A stretch of DNA of 64,000 nucleotides from Octopus vulgaris (taxonomy: Eukaryota): the NCBI GenBank assembly GCA_951406725.2, contig OX597815.1, positions 108,128,001 to 108,192,000 on the forward strand, given 5' to 3'. The number at the start of each line of letters is the position of its first letter. Position 1 is the stretch's first letter. Positions 11,501-25,917 of the stretch are shown here, piece after piece. The position numbers and the translations under genes were made by a program. The notes beneath the pieces were generated by a model that saw nothing but the letters and a program-made list of their open reading frames with translations, was not told where the DNA came from and made no database searches.

Positions 11501-11767
11501 TTAAGCAACTTTTTTTGCTGTTTGGATAATTCTATAATTTACTCCTGTATTTATGGCCACATTTGGTTTTCTATTTGGGTTGAATAATCCACTGGGGAGA
11601 TTAAGAATCATAGGTAGATCTGTGTTTAATGTAAAAGGCAGATTAAGACCATTGAAGAAGCCAATCAGTACTTCTCTAAATATATCAGACGTCAAGGGAC
11701 TGCAATTAATCATGGTCAGTAGGCCATCATTCATATACAAAGCACTTCCTACATGAAAGAATTCATC
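11501..11767 (-). CDS. Probable terminal coding exon of an unidentified host gene (88 aa plus stop)
   Basis: Pyrimidine-rich acceptor TTTATTTGCTTCCAACTTCAG|GAT; open, non-repetitive frame DEFFHVGSALYMNDGLLTMINCSPLTSDIFREVLIGFFNGLNLPF...KKVA*; followed by about 800 bp of unique AT-rich sequence with minus-strand AATAAA motifs. Product not recognised. Confidence 0.55.
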   Translation of the reverse strand, partial: DEFFHVGSALYMNDGLLTMINCSPLTSDIFREVLIGFFNGLNLPFTLNTDLPMILNLPSGLFNPNRKPNVAINTGVNYRIIQTAKKVA

Positions 11768-11908
11768 CTGAAGTTGGAAGCAAATAAACAGGACAATAAG
11801 GTCAGTGAACTCAGCTGAGCTGCTCACACCCATAGTCATGTCAAAAGTATTATTTGCATATTTTTTATTTGTGTAGAATTATAGCATGTATGTATGTGTA
11901 TATATGTA

Positions 11909-14306
11909 CAGTAGATTCCACTTTATAAATCCACTGATAATAAATCTACTCACTTTATGTATCCAAAATGGATTGGGATGGAATTTTTATGCATAAAATC
12001 TCTCATTTAATAAATCCAAACCATAGTTTAATAAATCCAATTGCCGCTGCTTCTTCTTAGAATGTCAACAAGTGGTGGTGAATGAATGAAGTGTCTTTTT
12101 TGCTCTTAAATACTGACAGGTAGGCTCTGGCAACCACAGCTAGCCAGCTGTCACGTGGTACACTCCATCATCCAAAACTAGATCAATAAATATGTAGTAG
12201 CTGGTGGTGGCTGCTGGAGCCTACCACACAACCCTGTCATTCAACCAAAAATGTAGGCTCCGGGACACCTCTTGTCAAAATTACGCACCCTTCTCATTCA
12301 TTGGATGATGAAGTGTACCACGTGACAGCTGGCTGGTTGTGGCTGCTGAGGGGAAACAAAACACATCATTCGTTATTCGTGCAGAGAGGCAGACACATAC
12401 ACAAGTTGTTCAAAATGAAAAGAGAGAGGCAAGACAAATCCGTTAGAATGTTACTAAGCTCTTGGGAAAAAAACTCAGTGGGAAGCTGGACAAAGATTGG
12501 AAATTTCAAGAGGTCTGCTCCAGAATTTGCTAAAGAAGGAGGATGACGTTTGTGCCAAAGAACACGATGGGTGTTCCTCAAAGAAAAAGTGCCAACGAGA
12601 TAGACCATGCTCTCTATGATTTGTTTCAATGTATTCGCTTGAGAAACGTCCCCATCAACGGCCTGATCCTAAAGCACAAAGCCAACACCATTGCTCAAGC
12701 TGCTGGACTCAATTTTAAGGCATTCAAATATAGGTTTTTACTATTGACAAAAGAGATATGGGATCTCTTTTATGGTTCTAAAAGGTAAGCATTGTAGTTA
12801 ACTAGTTCACATTTTTCTCTTTAGAGAAAACAAACTAAACATTTCATATTTTTCAGGTAATGCAGCTGAAGCTGACATAGATGGAGCCCATCAATTTTGT
12901 GGGACAACCATGCAGCTTCTGTTGAAATTGTATCAGCCACAGGACATCTACAACACCGATGAAGCTGGGATCTACTTTCATGCATTACCAGTGAATACAT
13001 ATGTGAACAAGAGTTGCAAGAAAACTGTGAAGAGCTTTAAGACAGCAAAGGACCATATGACCTTGATGGTGGTTTGCAACATGAATGGAGACAAAGAAGA
13101 CTTGCTCTTAATTGGATGATGCTTCAAAAAGGCTTCAAAAATGTCAAAACGTTTCCAGTTCAGTACGACTTCTCAACTTAATGCTTGGATGACAGAAAAA
13201 AATCTATGGAAGATGGCTCAGATCTAGGGATTGTCATTTGCAGGAATTTGGAAGACAAGTGGTGGTTCTACTTGACAATTGCTCTTCTCATGTAGTCTTT
13301 GATGATCTCAAGAATATCACTTTAAAATGTCTTCTTCCCAACACGTCAGCGCTGCAACCCTGTGAGATGGGGATAATCAAGACCTTGAAAGCCTACTTCA
13401 GACATGAAATGCACAAGAAGATCATTGATTTTATGGAAGACTCTGAATGTGATATTTTTACTCAAGAAGTTGCAAAGTGGATTACCATTTTGGATACCAT
13501 GTACATGTTAAGCATAGCTTGGAAGAAGGTCTCTGACCAGACAATCAAACATTATTGGACCAAAGCTGGTTTTATTTTAGCCAAAGAATCAAATGAAACT
13601 ATTGATGTTAACGAATAAAGCCATAGATATTCACTGCCTACTGGATTGACCAAAAAGCAATTTGAGAACTGGTTGACCATAGATGCTGCTGCTCCATAGA
13701 TGTTGTTGCTCCAGAGATCATCACTGAAGAAGAAAAACTAGATGAGATCGTTCATGACATTCAGCAATCTGAGAAGGAAACTGAAGGAGATGAAGATGAC
13801 AATTCTGACATTGTTGTTGATGAAAAAGTTTCAGAGCCTCCTACACCAGCTGAAATAAGACACTGTCTCACTCAATTAGAAAGTGGTCTTGAAAGTTTTG
13901 ATTTCAGTGACATGAATCTTTTTAGAACTCATAAGGGAAAAAAAAATCAATGCAGAGTTACGAGCAAAGTGTCCAGCAAAGTAAACAACACTCAACAAAT
14001 TTTTCATTCAATGACATTGTTTATAATGATTTTATTCGTGTATTCGTATAGGTATGTATTTAAGAAGGGCATCCAGCTGTAGTAACTTTGCCAGATCAAA
14101 TTAGAGCCTGGTGCAGCCTTCTGGCTTGCCAGCTCTCAATCAAACTGTCCAACTCATGCCAGCATGGAAAGCGGACATTAAACAATGATGATGATTATAA
14201 CATGTTTAATCCATTGGTGAATTTTGTTCCTTTGATTAATAAATCCCTCGTTTAATAAATCCAAAATAGGTGGTCCCAAGATGGATTTATAAAGCAGGGT
14301 TCACTA
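11909..14306 (+). mobile_element. pogo/Tigger-type DNA transposon, full length, decayed
   Basis: TIRs CAGTAGATTCCACTTTATAAATCCA and TGGATTTATAAAGCAGGGTTCACTA, TA flanks, subterminal TAATAAATCC repeats. Confidence 0.88.
12415..13990 (+). pseudogene. pogo/Tigger transposase (CENP-B-type HTH plus DDE_1) with a 72-bp intron at 12785-12856
   Basis: EIDHALYDLF..IRLRNVPINGLILKHKA; IYNTDEAGIYF; VVVLLDNCSSH; LQPCEMGIIKTLKAYFR; acidic tail; several frameshifts and stops. Confidence 0.85.
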
Positions 14307-14399
14307 TATAAGTAAACGTGTATAAATATATATGCACACATGTATGTATGTGTGTGTGCATGCGTGTGTGTGTGTGTGAGTGCGTGTGTGTGTGTGTGT

Positions 14400-15880
14400 C
14401 AGATAAAGCAGAACCCTAGGTGACTAGTAGAGGTCTGCATCAAAGAGATGCTTTGGAAAAGTGGTAGAAAGTGTACCATGAAATTGATGTGGAAAGTGGA
14501 ATTTCCAACATTTTGGAAAGAGTCCTTCTTCAGAGTAAAGATGGCAGATGTGAAATAAAAGAGAGAGAAAAGAGTTTCACATCTATGACTGAGAAACTGG
14601 CTGCAACTGATGGGGAAAGCAAGACAATGTAAGCTTGCATATGTAAACAGGAAATATTAGAAGAGAGAAACTGGGTTTGAAGAGAGGAGGAAAGAGAAGG
14701 GAAAGAAGGAACAGAAGTGGGTGAATGTGAGGTGGAGGGGAAAGTTAATGTGGGAGAGGAGCTGGAGGATAAGAATGGGGCTACTGAACTAAAAAATGTG
14801 TAGGAGTAGAAGGAAAATGTTCTTTTAAATCCATTAGTGATATGGTTTCAAGTTTGAATATAAAGCATTCTTTCATTTTCCTACGATGTGCAAATCCATG
14901 ACATGTATGGATTCTGTACACAAATAAATGGATAGTGGAATGGTCCATTGTATTGAAGTGGGTGCTTACAGGCTGGTCTGGCATATAGTGGTGTACTTTA
15001 ATCTGCTCCCAAAAGTGATTGACAAGGTGATAGTCTGTTCACTATTGTAAAGTGCACTGCAAAGTTTGCATATGGTGTAGTTTATAAGCTTGGAAGATGT
15101 GCAGCACAGTTTCGAGGATAATGTGGTACTGTGACTTTGGAATTTACCTCTATCATATCTGACACCTAGAACTGTTTACTGGACATCTCCATTGGGTAAG
15201 AAGAGAAAGAACCTTTTCGCTCATGATTGACCATGGGATTGCACCTAGGAAGCTACACCCCAAGGCACAAGTCCGGGCAAGGTTGTTTATGGAAGACCAG
15301 TAGTTGTCCATACATACCAGCACCCTCTCTCCACACCACCGATGTTATCCAAGAAGAAGGCAAAGGCTGGTAAAGCTTGGTACTAGTGACGTTGCTACTC
15401 ATTTCTACAGGTGAGTGAACTGGAGCAACGTGAATCAAAGTGTCTTGTCCAAGAACACAACATACAGCCTGGTCCAGGAATTGAACTCACTACCTCATGA
15501 TTGTGAGTCGATGCTCTAACTACTGACCCATGTGTAACTTTGCTAAGAATGTGCTTTCACCAGGATAGGTCCTTGATGATGGGGAAGCATAGTGTTTGGT
15601 CCTCTAGCTGAATGCCACTCATGTTTAGTAGGGGTGTGGTGTGGTGGTATCATCTTGATATGAATAGTGCTTGAGCATTTTGGCAGCTAAAAAATCAAGG
15701 CTGACATAGACTCATAAAGGGTGTGGTCATAGTTACAGTTAATGGAATCAATGCAGGTTTATAATGAGATGTCTAGGTTGCATCTGGATAATGCATGGCT
15801 GGGCAAAGTTTTGGTAGAATTAAGTGCTTTGTAGAATTAAGTGGTTTGTGGTGGAGGCATTGTTGGATGTATGATCAAGG
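14400..15880 (-). mobile_element. Penelope-like element remnant (GIY-YIG) with a decayed hammerhead at about 14505-14536 and a SINE insertion
   Basis: Minus strand CTSSKLINYTICKLC..LY and PVSTHFNTMDHS...RKMKECFIFKLETISL; downstream CTGAAGAAGGACTCTTTCCAAAATGTTG. Confidence 0.7.
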
Positions 15881-17815
15881 AAGTCATTGATATATAAAAG
15901 AAAAAGTATTGGAGACAGAACTGAACCCGGGGGAACCAGAGATGATTGAGAATGGGACAAAAAGAGGTCCTTCAATACATGCCATACTAGTGTGATCAAA
16001 GTTTTGCCCTTTTGTCCAAAATAATCTCCTGTACATTTTTTTGGCTCCAGAAACCTTTAGAACAGAAGAATTGTTTCTTAGTTTATCAGCAAGCAAAAAT
16101 AATTTCACTTCATTTGAGGAAGAAAAGCAATAGAAAATAATACTTGTGCACACATACACACATAGGAAAACATTCACACATACAAATAAAGCACATACAC
16201 ACACACATCTAATAATGAACGCACAAACATAGACAAAATATAGGAAAGTAAACACACATGCATGCAAATACAATACTTACATAAGCACATACTCAAACAT
16301 GCACACCACACACACACATGCATGCACACGTGCACGCACACACACACACACACACATACACACATGCATGCATTAGTTTCGATGCGCTAGCAAGATTAGA
16401 AAGGCACTTAATTCCATGGCCGACCATCTCTTCCATTATATTGTAGAAGATTTTTTCCTGATAAAACAAAAATAACCCACACTAAGCTCTTAAACAATAT
16501 CCAACGTAATGTAGTAAAACTAACATTAATACTTATGATGGTATCAACAAGGTGAAAATCATTGCAACTAGAGTAAAACTAGATAAATCATAAACATATC
16601 AGTATATTGCATTTTGTAAATGAACACTTGTGGAGAAATAACATAAGCAATTGTGAATAGATATTCCTGAATTATATTTCTTGTGTAAATGAATGTTATA
16701 TTTTACTTTAAATATATGTACATCGAATGCAGTTTCTTTTCATATGAAATAAAAATATTAAATAACTTCCAGAGGTTTACTTTTGCATCTTAAACATTTT
16801 CAGAAATAACAAGGAATCTACTTTTATTTTTCTTATTGATGAAAATAAAATTACTTTTATTGATGATATTTGCTTCCATTTATTCTGCATGTTACTTATT
16901 ATATTTTTTTCAAACTAGAATTAAATTTAAGAATGTATATATTTGCTCTTATATATATATTTACATTGCTAAAATGTAAAGCTTCCATATGTATGTGTAT
17001 CATCGTCGTTGTTGTTGTCATTACAACCTCTACCTGCACTACCACCACCACCATCATCACAATCATCATCATCATTGTCATAGTTGTCCTCATTATTTAA
17101 CATCCATGATCCCTACTGACATGTGTAGGGTGCTTTGACAGGAATTGATGGATCCAAGGACTACATCATGCTTCATTGTCTTCTCTGGCATGGCTTTTTT
17201 GGCTGGATGCCCTTCCTAATGCCAACCCCTTTACAGCATGTACTGGGTGATTTTTTTCATACCATCATCAATTGTGAGGTCACCAAGCAGTTTATGAAAC
17301 AACAAAGCTGAGTGGGAGGGAGGTGTGTAGCATTTGTTTGAGGAGATGAGGATCTAAAGTAAGCAAGGAGAGAAGGAGCAAGCAATAGATGGTTAGAGTG
17401 GTGGTAAGAGAGAGTCTTGTATGTCAATAACAAGTGACCTGGAGGAGAGAGAGAGAAAGAGAGTAATGATGATCAGTATAGAAGGTATGATATTTGATGG
17501 TATGCAATGTAAGAAGCATTCATGCAGTGCCATGTAAAAGCACATGGGCACATAAAAGTGCCCATGTCATGCTATGTAAAAGAACCCATATAATACCACA
17601 TAAAAGCACCTGTGTGGTGTCACATATAAGCATCCAGCACACTCTGTAAAGTGGTTGGCGATAGGAAGGGCATCCAGCTGTAGAAACCATGTCAAATCAG
17701 ACTGAAGTCTGGGGCTGCTCTCCAGCTTGCCAGTTCTGGACAAATCGTCCAACCCATGCCTACATGTATAATAGACAATGATGATGATGATGATATTTAT
17801 ATATGTGTGTGTGTG

Positions 17816-17862
<47 letters not shown>

Positions 17863-18389
17863 GAATATATTTGTCTGCTGTAAGTAATCTTGTATGTATA
17901 TGTATGAGTGGTATGAGTGTATGTATGTGCATTTGTGTCTATCTTGATATAATGCAATGGTTCAAAATGGGTATCACCATCATATTAGCAGTTCTATTCA
18001 TTTCAAATGTTCTGTGTAAACATGGCCAGCCATGGGGAAATATTACCTTACCTGAAGCATGTAAGGGATGGTGATAAGAAGGACATCTGGGCATAGAAAA
18101 TCTGCTTCAAAAATTTCTGTCTGACTCATGCAAGCATGGAAAAAGTAGATGTTAGAACGATGTTGACATATATAAACATAAATATAATATAAAATAGTAT
18201 AATATATAATACATGTTTACATACATATATATATATGTATGTATGAATGTATATATATATACACTTAAAAAATATATATGTGTGTATGTGTGTGTATGTA
18301 TGTATACATATAAATATATCCACATACATACATATACATACACAAACATGCACATATATACATATACATATATACATACATACATACAC

Positions 18390-18423
<34 letters not shown>

Positions 18424-18635
18424 GTATGTATATATATATTTATATATTATTTATTATGCATTTATTATACATTTAATAAATTAAATACATGGGTATATTC
18501 ATATATGTTTAAACATGAACATAAATTTACTTACATGTTACATAAAATTAGACTCATAGACATGTCTTCACGCATGTAATTATTTGCAAATACATATTTT
18601 TGCAATTTATGGATAATGTTATGCAGAAACTTATC

Positions 18636-18677
<42 letters not shown>

Positions 18678-19010
18678 CACACATGCATGCACACACACAC
18701 ACACACATATATATGATATTTTCCAATGCTGTCGATCTGGTAAATCATTTACTTTAGATGGTTACTCAATACCATCATGTTTAACAACTTAATTGACAGA
18801 AATATTTCTATCCAGGCATTTATTTTTTATTTCATGTATTCTTGACTGAGCATTGCTCTTTCAAATTTATCTGATATTTTACTGCTTTCTGATTCTTATA
18901 TTTACAACAAAACTTCACAAGTTATAATATGTATTTCCAAATATGTAGCTTTCTGAATCTCTTTATATTTTTGTTATTCAGCCTTTACAATTAAACTTTT
19001 TGAATATGTA

Positions 19011-19574
19011 TTGGGTTCTCTGAAAAGTTTGTGCCGATTTATAGTCGCTTACCTTTCGACTTATTTTAGAACATGGTGGAGTACATAAAATACGATTTGA
19101 CTACACCTCCATTTAGAGCACAGTTTAAGCTATCTTTTCGTGGAAGAAGGCTTATGTTCCTATAACCTGTGTTAATTCTGTAACCCTTTAAAATGGAAGA
19201 CAAGAAAGTTCGTTTTCGGCACTTGATGCTTTGGGAACCAGAAAAAAATTGCTGCAGCTTGGCTGGGATATGTTACCCCACCCTTCATATTCACCTGATA
19301 TTGCTCTTTCGGATTTCCACTTATTCAGGTCTCTGCAGAATAGTCTTAATGGTAAAAGTTTCAATTCCTTGGATGACATAAAAAGATACCTTGATAAATT
19401 CTTTGCCATGAAACCACCTCAATTTTGGGAAAAGGGTATTTTCAAGTTAAAGGAAAAATGGAGACACATTGTGCAGCCAAATGGTTCATATTTGGTTGAT
19501 TAAAAATGTAAAGGTAAGTATTTATTGACCTTTTTTTCCTTTAGAAATTGGCACGAACTTTCCAGACAACCCAA
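19011..19574 (+). mobile_element. Internally deleted mariner element
   Basis: About 30-bp TIRs TTGGGTT.TCTG.AAAGTT.GTGCC.ATTT with TA flanks; N-terminus MEDKKVRFRHLML joined to C-terminus LGWDMLPHPSYSPDIALSDFHLFRSLQN. Confidence 0.93.
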
Positions 19575-19595
19575 TATATTCTGTGTGTGTGTGTA

Positions 19596-19642
<47 letters not shown>

Positions 19643-20092
19643 GTATATGTATATATATATATATATGTATATGTATATGTATATATATATATATATAGAT
19701 AGATAGATGATGGACTCTCCTGTTGAAGATGACATATGAGTGTTCAGCTTTTGCTGAGTGACCAGACACAGATGATTTGTTTGTAGTGATAAAATATTCA
19801 TGATGCACTTTTGCTGACTCTCTCCATCAAATCAACATTGTCTGAACAGGTGCCATAAGTACCAGACTTCAGGTGTTGAAGTGATTGCAGAGCAATGTGA
19901 GATGAAGTGTTTTGCTCAAGAACACAATGCACCATCTGGTCTAGGAATTGAAATCATGATGTAGCGATCATGAGTGTAACACCCTAACCACTAAGCCATG
20001 TGCGCTGAATGTATATGTATATTTACACACACACACACACACACATGCACACACACATACACATATATATGCATACATCTATCTTTTATTAT

Positions 20093-20665
20093 CTTTTACT
20101 TGTTTCAGTCATTGAGCTGTGGTCACACTGGGGCATTGCCTTGAAACGTTTTGTCAAACAAATCGACCCCTGTACTTATTTTTAAAGCCTGGTATTTATT
20201 TTATTGGTCTCATTTTGCCAAACAGTTAAGTCATGGCGATGTGAACAAATGAATACTAGTTGTCAGTCAGTGGTGGTGGAACAAACAAACATACACACAG
20301 ATGTATGCATATATGCATTTATATACATACATACAATTGGAGTCTAGTCAGCTCTCCAGTTGGTTAGTTTCTTTCACACCATCCAACCCATGCCAGCATG
20401 GAAAGCAGACATTAAATGATGATGATGACATACATACATACACACATACATACAAATACCCATACACACGCACATGCACATGCACGCGCACACACACACA
20501 CACTCACATAACAGGCTTCTTTCAGTTTCTGTCAACAAAATCCACTCATAAGGTTTTGGTTGGTCTGGAGTGAAAGTAGAAGACACTTGCTCAAAGTGCC
20601 CATGCAGTGGGACTAAAATTGGAACTGTATGGTTGGGAAGCAGGTTTCTTACCACACAGCCACAA
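20093..20665 (-). mobile_element. SINE family 1 with an RTE 3' tail inserted in its internal microsatellite
   Basis: SINE halves at 20093-20300 and 20510-20665; CATCCAACCCATGCCAGCATGGAAAGCAGACATTAAATGATGAT at about 20379-20428. Confidence 0.8.
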
Positions 20666-20973
20666 CCATGTTTCTTTGTTTTCAGATATATTCAATAGGC
20701 ATATAAAAACATTTATTCAAAAGAACAAAGTTTTTAGACTATTAAATAATGATAATTTTCCCCCACAGCAAACCTTATTTTCATAATACATATATTTACT
20801 CAATGTTTGTATCAGTTTGGTAATTGCTAATGTAAAAAGAAATGGAATGGTGAAACTATTTTTTCGTTTTCTGAAAAAGCAACATTTTGGACTTACGACA
20901 CTTTTGCATAATAGCTACAATATATACATACATACATGCATTCATATATACATACACACACACATACACACCC

Positions 20974-21012
<39 letters not shown>

Positions 21013-21687
21013 TATACACTCATATATATATGTATATACATGTGCATATACGTGAGTATTCGTATGTTTATGTGTATATATATATATGTAATTATGTACA
21101 ATTAAAGGTATATTTCATTAACAATGGTAAGGTATGGTTTTGTACAGAACCAGAAACCCAGGGTCTGAAATTAAACAATTTTTACTGGTTTTATTTGTCT
21201 ATCTGTCTTTTCTCCTTGTGCTGTATTGAATACTTGATGTGGTTTTAGAGTCAGGTTTAGACTGCTATTTCAAGCATAGTGTTATCTCTTATATACCCTT
21301 ATAAATATATATAAACATTATCAACTACATTACTTAACATATATATATATACTGGTAGGCTGTGATTTGGTGTGGTGGATAATGCTCTCTCAAAATGTCA
21401 GGGGTTAAAACACTTGAAAGTCAAGGACAGGCAAGATAACTCATTCGAAAATCCCATCCAGGAGTGAAGGACATCTGTGGTTCCTCCATTTTTGTGGCTC
21501 ATCAACATCATATGCCCAAACTGGATTGGAGGTGAATCATCTCCCCAGTCCACAGCTTGTAGTGTAAAAACTACGTGCTGGTATGCCTGGACAATCCATG
21601 CATAAGAATAAGTTCAAATGTGAACAAGAAGCAGCACAAGTGTAATAACCATTTTAGACCACATATACTTAAAGTGTATGTAGTGCA

Positions 21688-21845
21688 TAGGAGTAGCTGT
21701 AGCTTGCTTACCAACCACATGGTTCTGGGTTCAGTCCCACTGTGTGGCACCTTGGGCAAGTGTCTTCTACTATAGCCTCAGGCCGACCAAAGCCTTGTGA
21801 GTGGATTTGGTAGATGGAAACTGAAAGAAGCCCATCGTATATATG

Positions 21846-21880
<35 letters not shown>

Positions 21881-22097
21881 TTGTATATGTTTGTGTGTCT
21901 GTGTTTTGCCTCCCCAACATCGCTTGACAACCAATGGTGGTGTGTTTATGTCGCCATAACTTAGCGGTTTGGCAAAAAAGACCGATAGAATAAGTACTAG
22001 GCTTACAAAGAATAAGTCCTGGGGTCAATTTGCTCGACTAAAGGCAGTGCTCCAGCATGGCCACAGTGAAATGACTGAAACAAGTAGAAGAGTAAAG
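21688..22097 (+). mobile_element. SINE family 1
   Basis: B box GGTTCAGTCCC, CCTTGGGCAAGT, internal TG tract, tail. Confidence 0.88.
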
Positions 22098-23702
22098 AGA
22101 GTGCGTATTTGCTGGTTGTGACTTGGTGCAGTGTAGAATACTCTCTGAAAGCACTGGGTGTTACAGCACCTGAAATCTCCCTTCTCCATGCTACCAATGT
22201 TGTCTAAACGAAAGGCGAACACTTTAATGTTGATGCACCTTGAAGCTAGTGTTTTCAGGCATTGCTGTCAGAACACAGATGTCCAAAATAAATACAGTAA
22301 TGCTTTGTGTGGGATACTCTGACAGTCCTTCCATCCCACTACTCTAGATTGGTGCTTTCTTGTTAACTATAAAAGGAAGAAAGACGAAATTAAACTCATA
22401 AGATTTGAACTTAAATCTCAGAGGTGGAACAAATATTTCTACCCAACACCTCTAATTACTTTGCAAACTCACTGCATAAAAAGTACTTGTGCTGGTGCCA
22501 CATAAAGAAAAAACACCCAGCACACTCTGTAAAGTGGTTGGTATTATGGAAGGGCATCCAGCCATAGAAATTATGCCAAAACAGACAACTGGTACCTTGG
22601 CAGCTCCCTGACTGGCCAGCTCCTGTCAAACCATCCAATCCATGCCAGCATGAAGAACAGACATTAAATGATGCTGATGATGCTGCTGATTTATTCCTCC
22701 CCACTTATCTAATGTGATTTTTTATTGAACTGAATGTTTTTTTTTTTCCATATTTCTTCTCAGTGTTCTTGAACTTGATATTGGTGAATCCTTCACTGTT
22801 ATGCTTATTTCTTAATCTGCCAATAAAATCTATGGTATTTGGTTCAAAAACTCTTTTTATCCACGAAGAAGTGTTCATGTCTTTTGAAACACCTTATTCT
22901 ACATGTTTTTATTTTTATGGACACAATTTGTTTAAGCTTTTCTTTTTGTTCTCATCATGTCTTCGTTTTTATTCATATTATACATTTTTTGTTATTTGGG
23001 TCGTATTCTTTTTTCATGTTTTTTTTTTCTTTTTATCAAAATAAGGATGGGTCCTTTCATTACTTTTTCATTGTGTAGCATAGGTTTATTTTTCCATTTT
23101 GTAGGTTGGCCTTTTGTTAAAAGAGTGATTTTATCATGGATCGGGTCATTCAGTTTGTCAATATTCCTGTAGTTTGTTGCAATAGACAGAATTTCTGGCA
23201 AGGCCCTGTTACATTTGTTTATCTTTTCATAGAGCTACTTGTTCACATATAACATAGCCAGTGTAATCGATTTTATAATGTTCTGTTCTTCTGTTTTCTT
23301 TATTGTTTCCATTTGATCTTCATCTGATTTAATTCTGGTTGATTTGTTGTTCTGAGTGTTTTTATTGTTTGTTGTTAAGTGTGGGTCCCAGGATATATTT
23401 TTATTGCCTCTGTGTATTTAGTCAAATGTTTCCATGGGGACTTTGATGGACATAAACACAGTTTTGGATTTTAGTCCTTTTTCCTTTGTGTGTGATTTTG
23501 AGTTTTTGTAATTCAATGCTTGTTTCAGTAGTATTTTCAGTGTGTTTTGAAAGCTCATTTGCTGTAAACCTCGTGGTTAAGAAGTACGCCTCAGAATCAC
23601 ACAATTGAGGTTTTGTTCCTACTGTATAGATACTGTTAGCTACAGAATGAAAAATTGAGAATGGAATTTGATAAAGTGAAACAAGAAGAACCATGTGTGC
23701 AT

Positions 23703-23770
<68 letters not shown>

Positions 23771-24180
23771 ATGTGTGTGTGTATTCCCTTTGTCTTGATA
23801 TGTGCACACTGGTGGTAATCAATGAATTGCTGTTCATACAAATAGTGTTGCTTGTTTGCAACCATCTATGAAAGCAAGTTCAAGAACTTCCTGGTTCATT
23901 AGATTAAGAAAGATATTACCTTGATCAGAAACAGATGAGGGCTAGTGACAGCAAGAGCATCCAACCATAGAAATATCTATTTCAACAAAGTTACTATATA
24001 ACTCATGCACACATGGAAAAGTGGACATTAAAACAAAGATGATGATGATGATGATGATGTGATCATGTCTGTTGTGTTGCTCTATCTTTTTGTACAGTCT
24101 TATGTGTATTGTATGTGATGGGTTCTATTATGATAGTCTTACTGGGTTGTGATAGACAATTTCTTTTATGTATTCCAAAT

Positions 24181-24323
24181 GCAGGCATGGTTGTGTGATT
24201 AGAAGCTTGCTTGCAAAATACATGGTTCTGTGGCACTTTGGGCAAGTGTCTTCTACTATAGCCTCAGGGGCAACAAAAGCCTTGTGAGTGGATTTGGTAG
24301 ATGGAAACTGAAAGAAGCCCATC

Positions 24324-24393
<70 letters not shown>

Positions 24394-24597
24394 TTGTGTT
24401 TGTCCCCCCACCATTGCTTGATAACTGATGTTCATGTGTTTACGTCCCCATAACATAACAGTTCAGCAAAAGAGACTGATAGAATAAGTACCGAGCTTAC
24501 AAAGAATCAGTTCTGGGGGCGATTTCTTTGACTAAAGGCAGTGCTCCAGCATGGCCACAGTCAAATGACTGAAACAAGTAAAAATAAAAGAATAAAA
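24181..24597 (+). mobile_element. SINE family 1; a 5' half copy follows at 24731-24895
   Basis: Same body and tail as the other copies; B-box region deleted. Confidence 0.85.
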
Positions 24598-25734
24598 GCA
24601 TTCCTGTTCCACACCAACACGTCATTGGATATCATTGGATATAGTGTTAGTGTGATACAGGAGTGTAACACTTCCATGTAGTGTTTGTTGGTCTAGTGTT
24701 CTCTTTTAATTTTGTTTTTATTTTGGATGGTACAAGCATGGCTGTCAATGAAAGAAGCTTGCTTTCCAACCATGTGGTCTTGGATTTAGTCCCACTACAC
24801 AGCACTTTGGGCAAGTGTTCTTCTACTATAGCCTCGGGCCAATCAAAGGCTTTTGAGTGGATTTGGTTCATGGAAAATGGAAAGAACCCCATATATGTGG
24901 TGCTGATGACACATAAAAAGCACCCATGCTGGTGACATGTAAAAGGCACCTGATACACTCTGTGGAGTGATTGGTGTTTGGAAGGGTAACCAGCCATAGA
25001 GACCACGCCAAAACGGACTGGAACCTGGTGCAGCTCTCTGGCTTACCAGTCCTGGTCAAACCGTCTAACACATGCCAGTGTGGAAATGGATGCTAAATGA
25101 TGATGATGATGATGTAGATATATATATGTATATATGTGTGTGTGTTTGTGTGTACGCTTGTCCAGATATCACGTGACGATTGTAAATAAAGGTTATTATT
25201 TTACAAGTGAGGCCATTTGCTGTCAGTCATTCATGCAAAACATAGGTGGTAATGGAATGGGGTAATATTACCTTGCTTAAAAGCAGATAAAGGTCAATGA
25301 CAAGAAGGGCATCTGGCTGTAGAAAATCTACCTCAATGCGTTGTGAGACTCATGCAAGAATGGGAAAATGGATGTTAAATGATGATGATGGACGTCAATG
25401 ACAATGATAACAGTAAGAGATTAGCCTTTCTGTCTGGAAGCACTTTATATTATTTCATTATTCACACTAAACCCATACTGTGAAATTCCTTATGGTGCTG
25501 TTGGTTGTGTTTCTTTTTAGTAGCTGATTGATTTATCTTTGGTCATTTATTGGTTTGTTTTTTAAGTAGAATACGTTTTATTTTAAGTTTGTTTGTTCTG
25601 TTTTGTTTTGTTTCTATTAAGAAATTTCTTTTGTTTTGTCTTATATGCATTTATTTGTTCCAGATTTTCAAAGTTGTCAGTTATATTTTATACCTAACAT
25701 TTTCAAATTTTAGCTTAGGGTCAGTAGTGTTTTA

Positions 25735-25917
25735 AGGGATGGGAAGAAATTGATTATATTGACCCCAGTACTTGTCTAGTACTTATTTTATTGACCCCAG
25801 AAAAGATGTAAAGGAAAGTCGACCTCTACAGAATTTGAGCTCAGAATGAAAAGACTGACAAAATGCCATACAACATTTTGTTCAGTGTGCTGTCAGTTCT
25901 GCCAGCTCACTGCCTTG
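25735..25917 (-). mobile_element. SINE family 2 (Nin/Deu-domain-like)
   Basis: Reverse match to 48871-49085. Confidence 0.75.

Noticed and set aside
22700-23560. Hydrophobic F/L-rich ORFs suggesting a membrane protein
   Set aside because: T-rich antisense of an A-rich, stop-riddled sequence, probably a decayed LINE N-terminal region.
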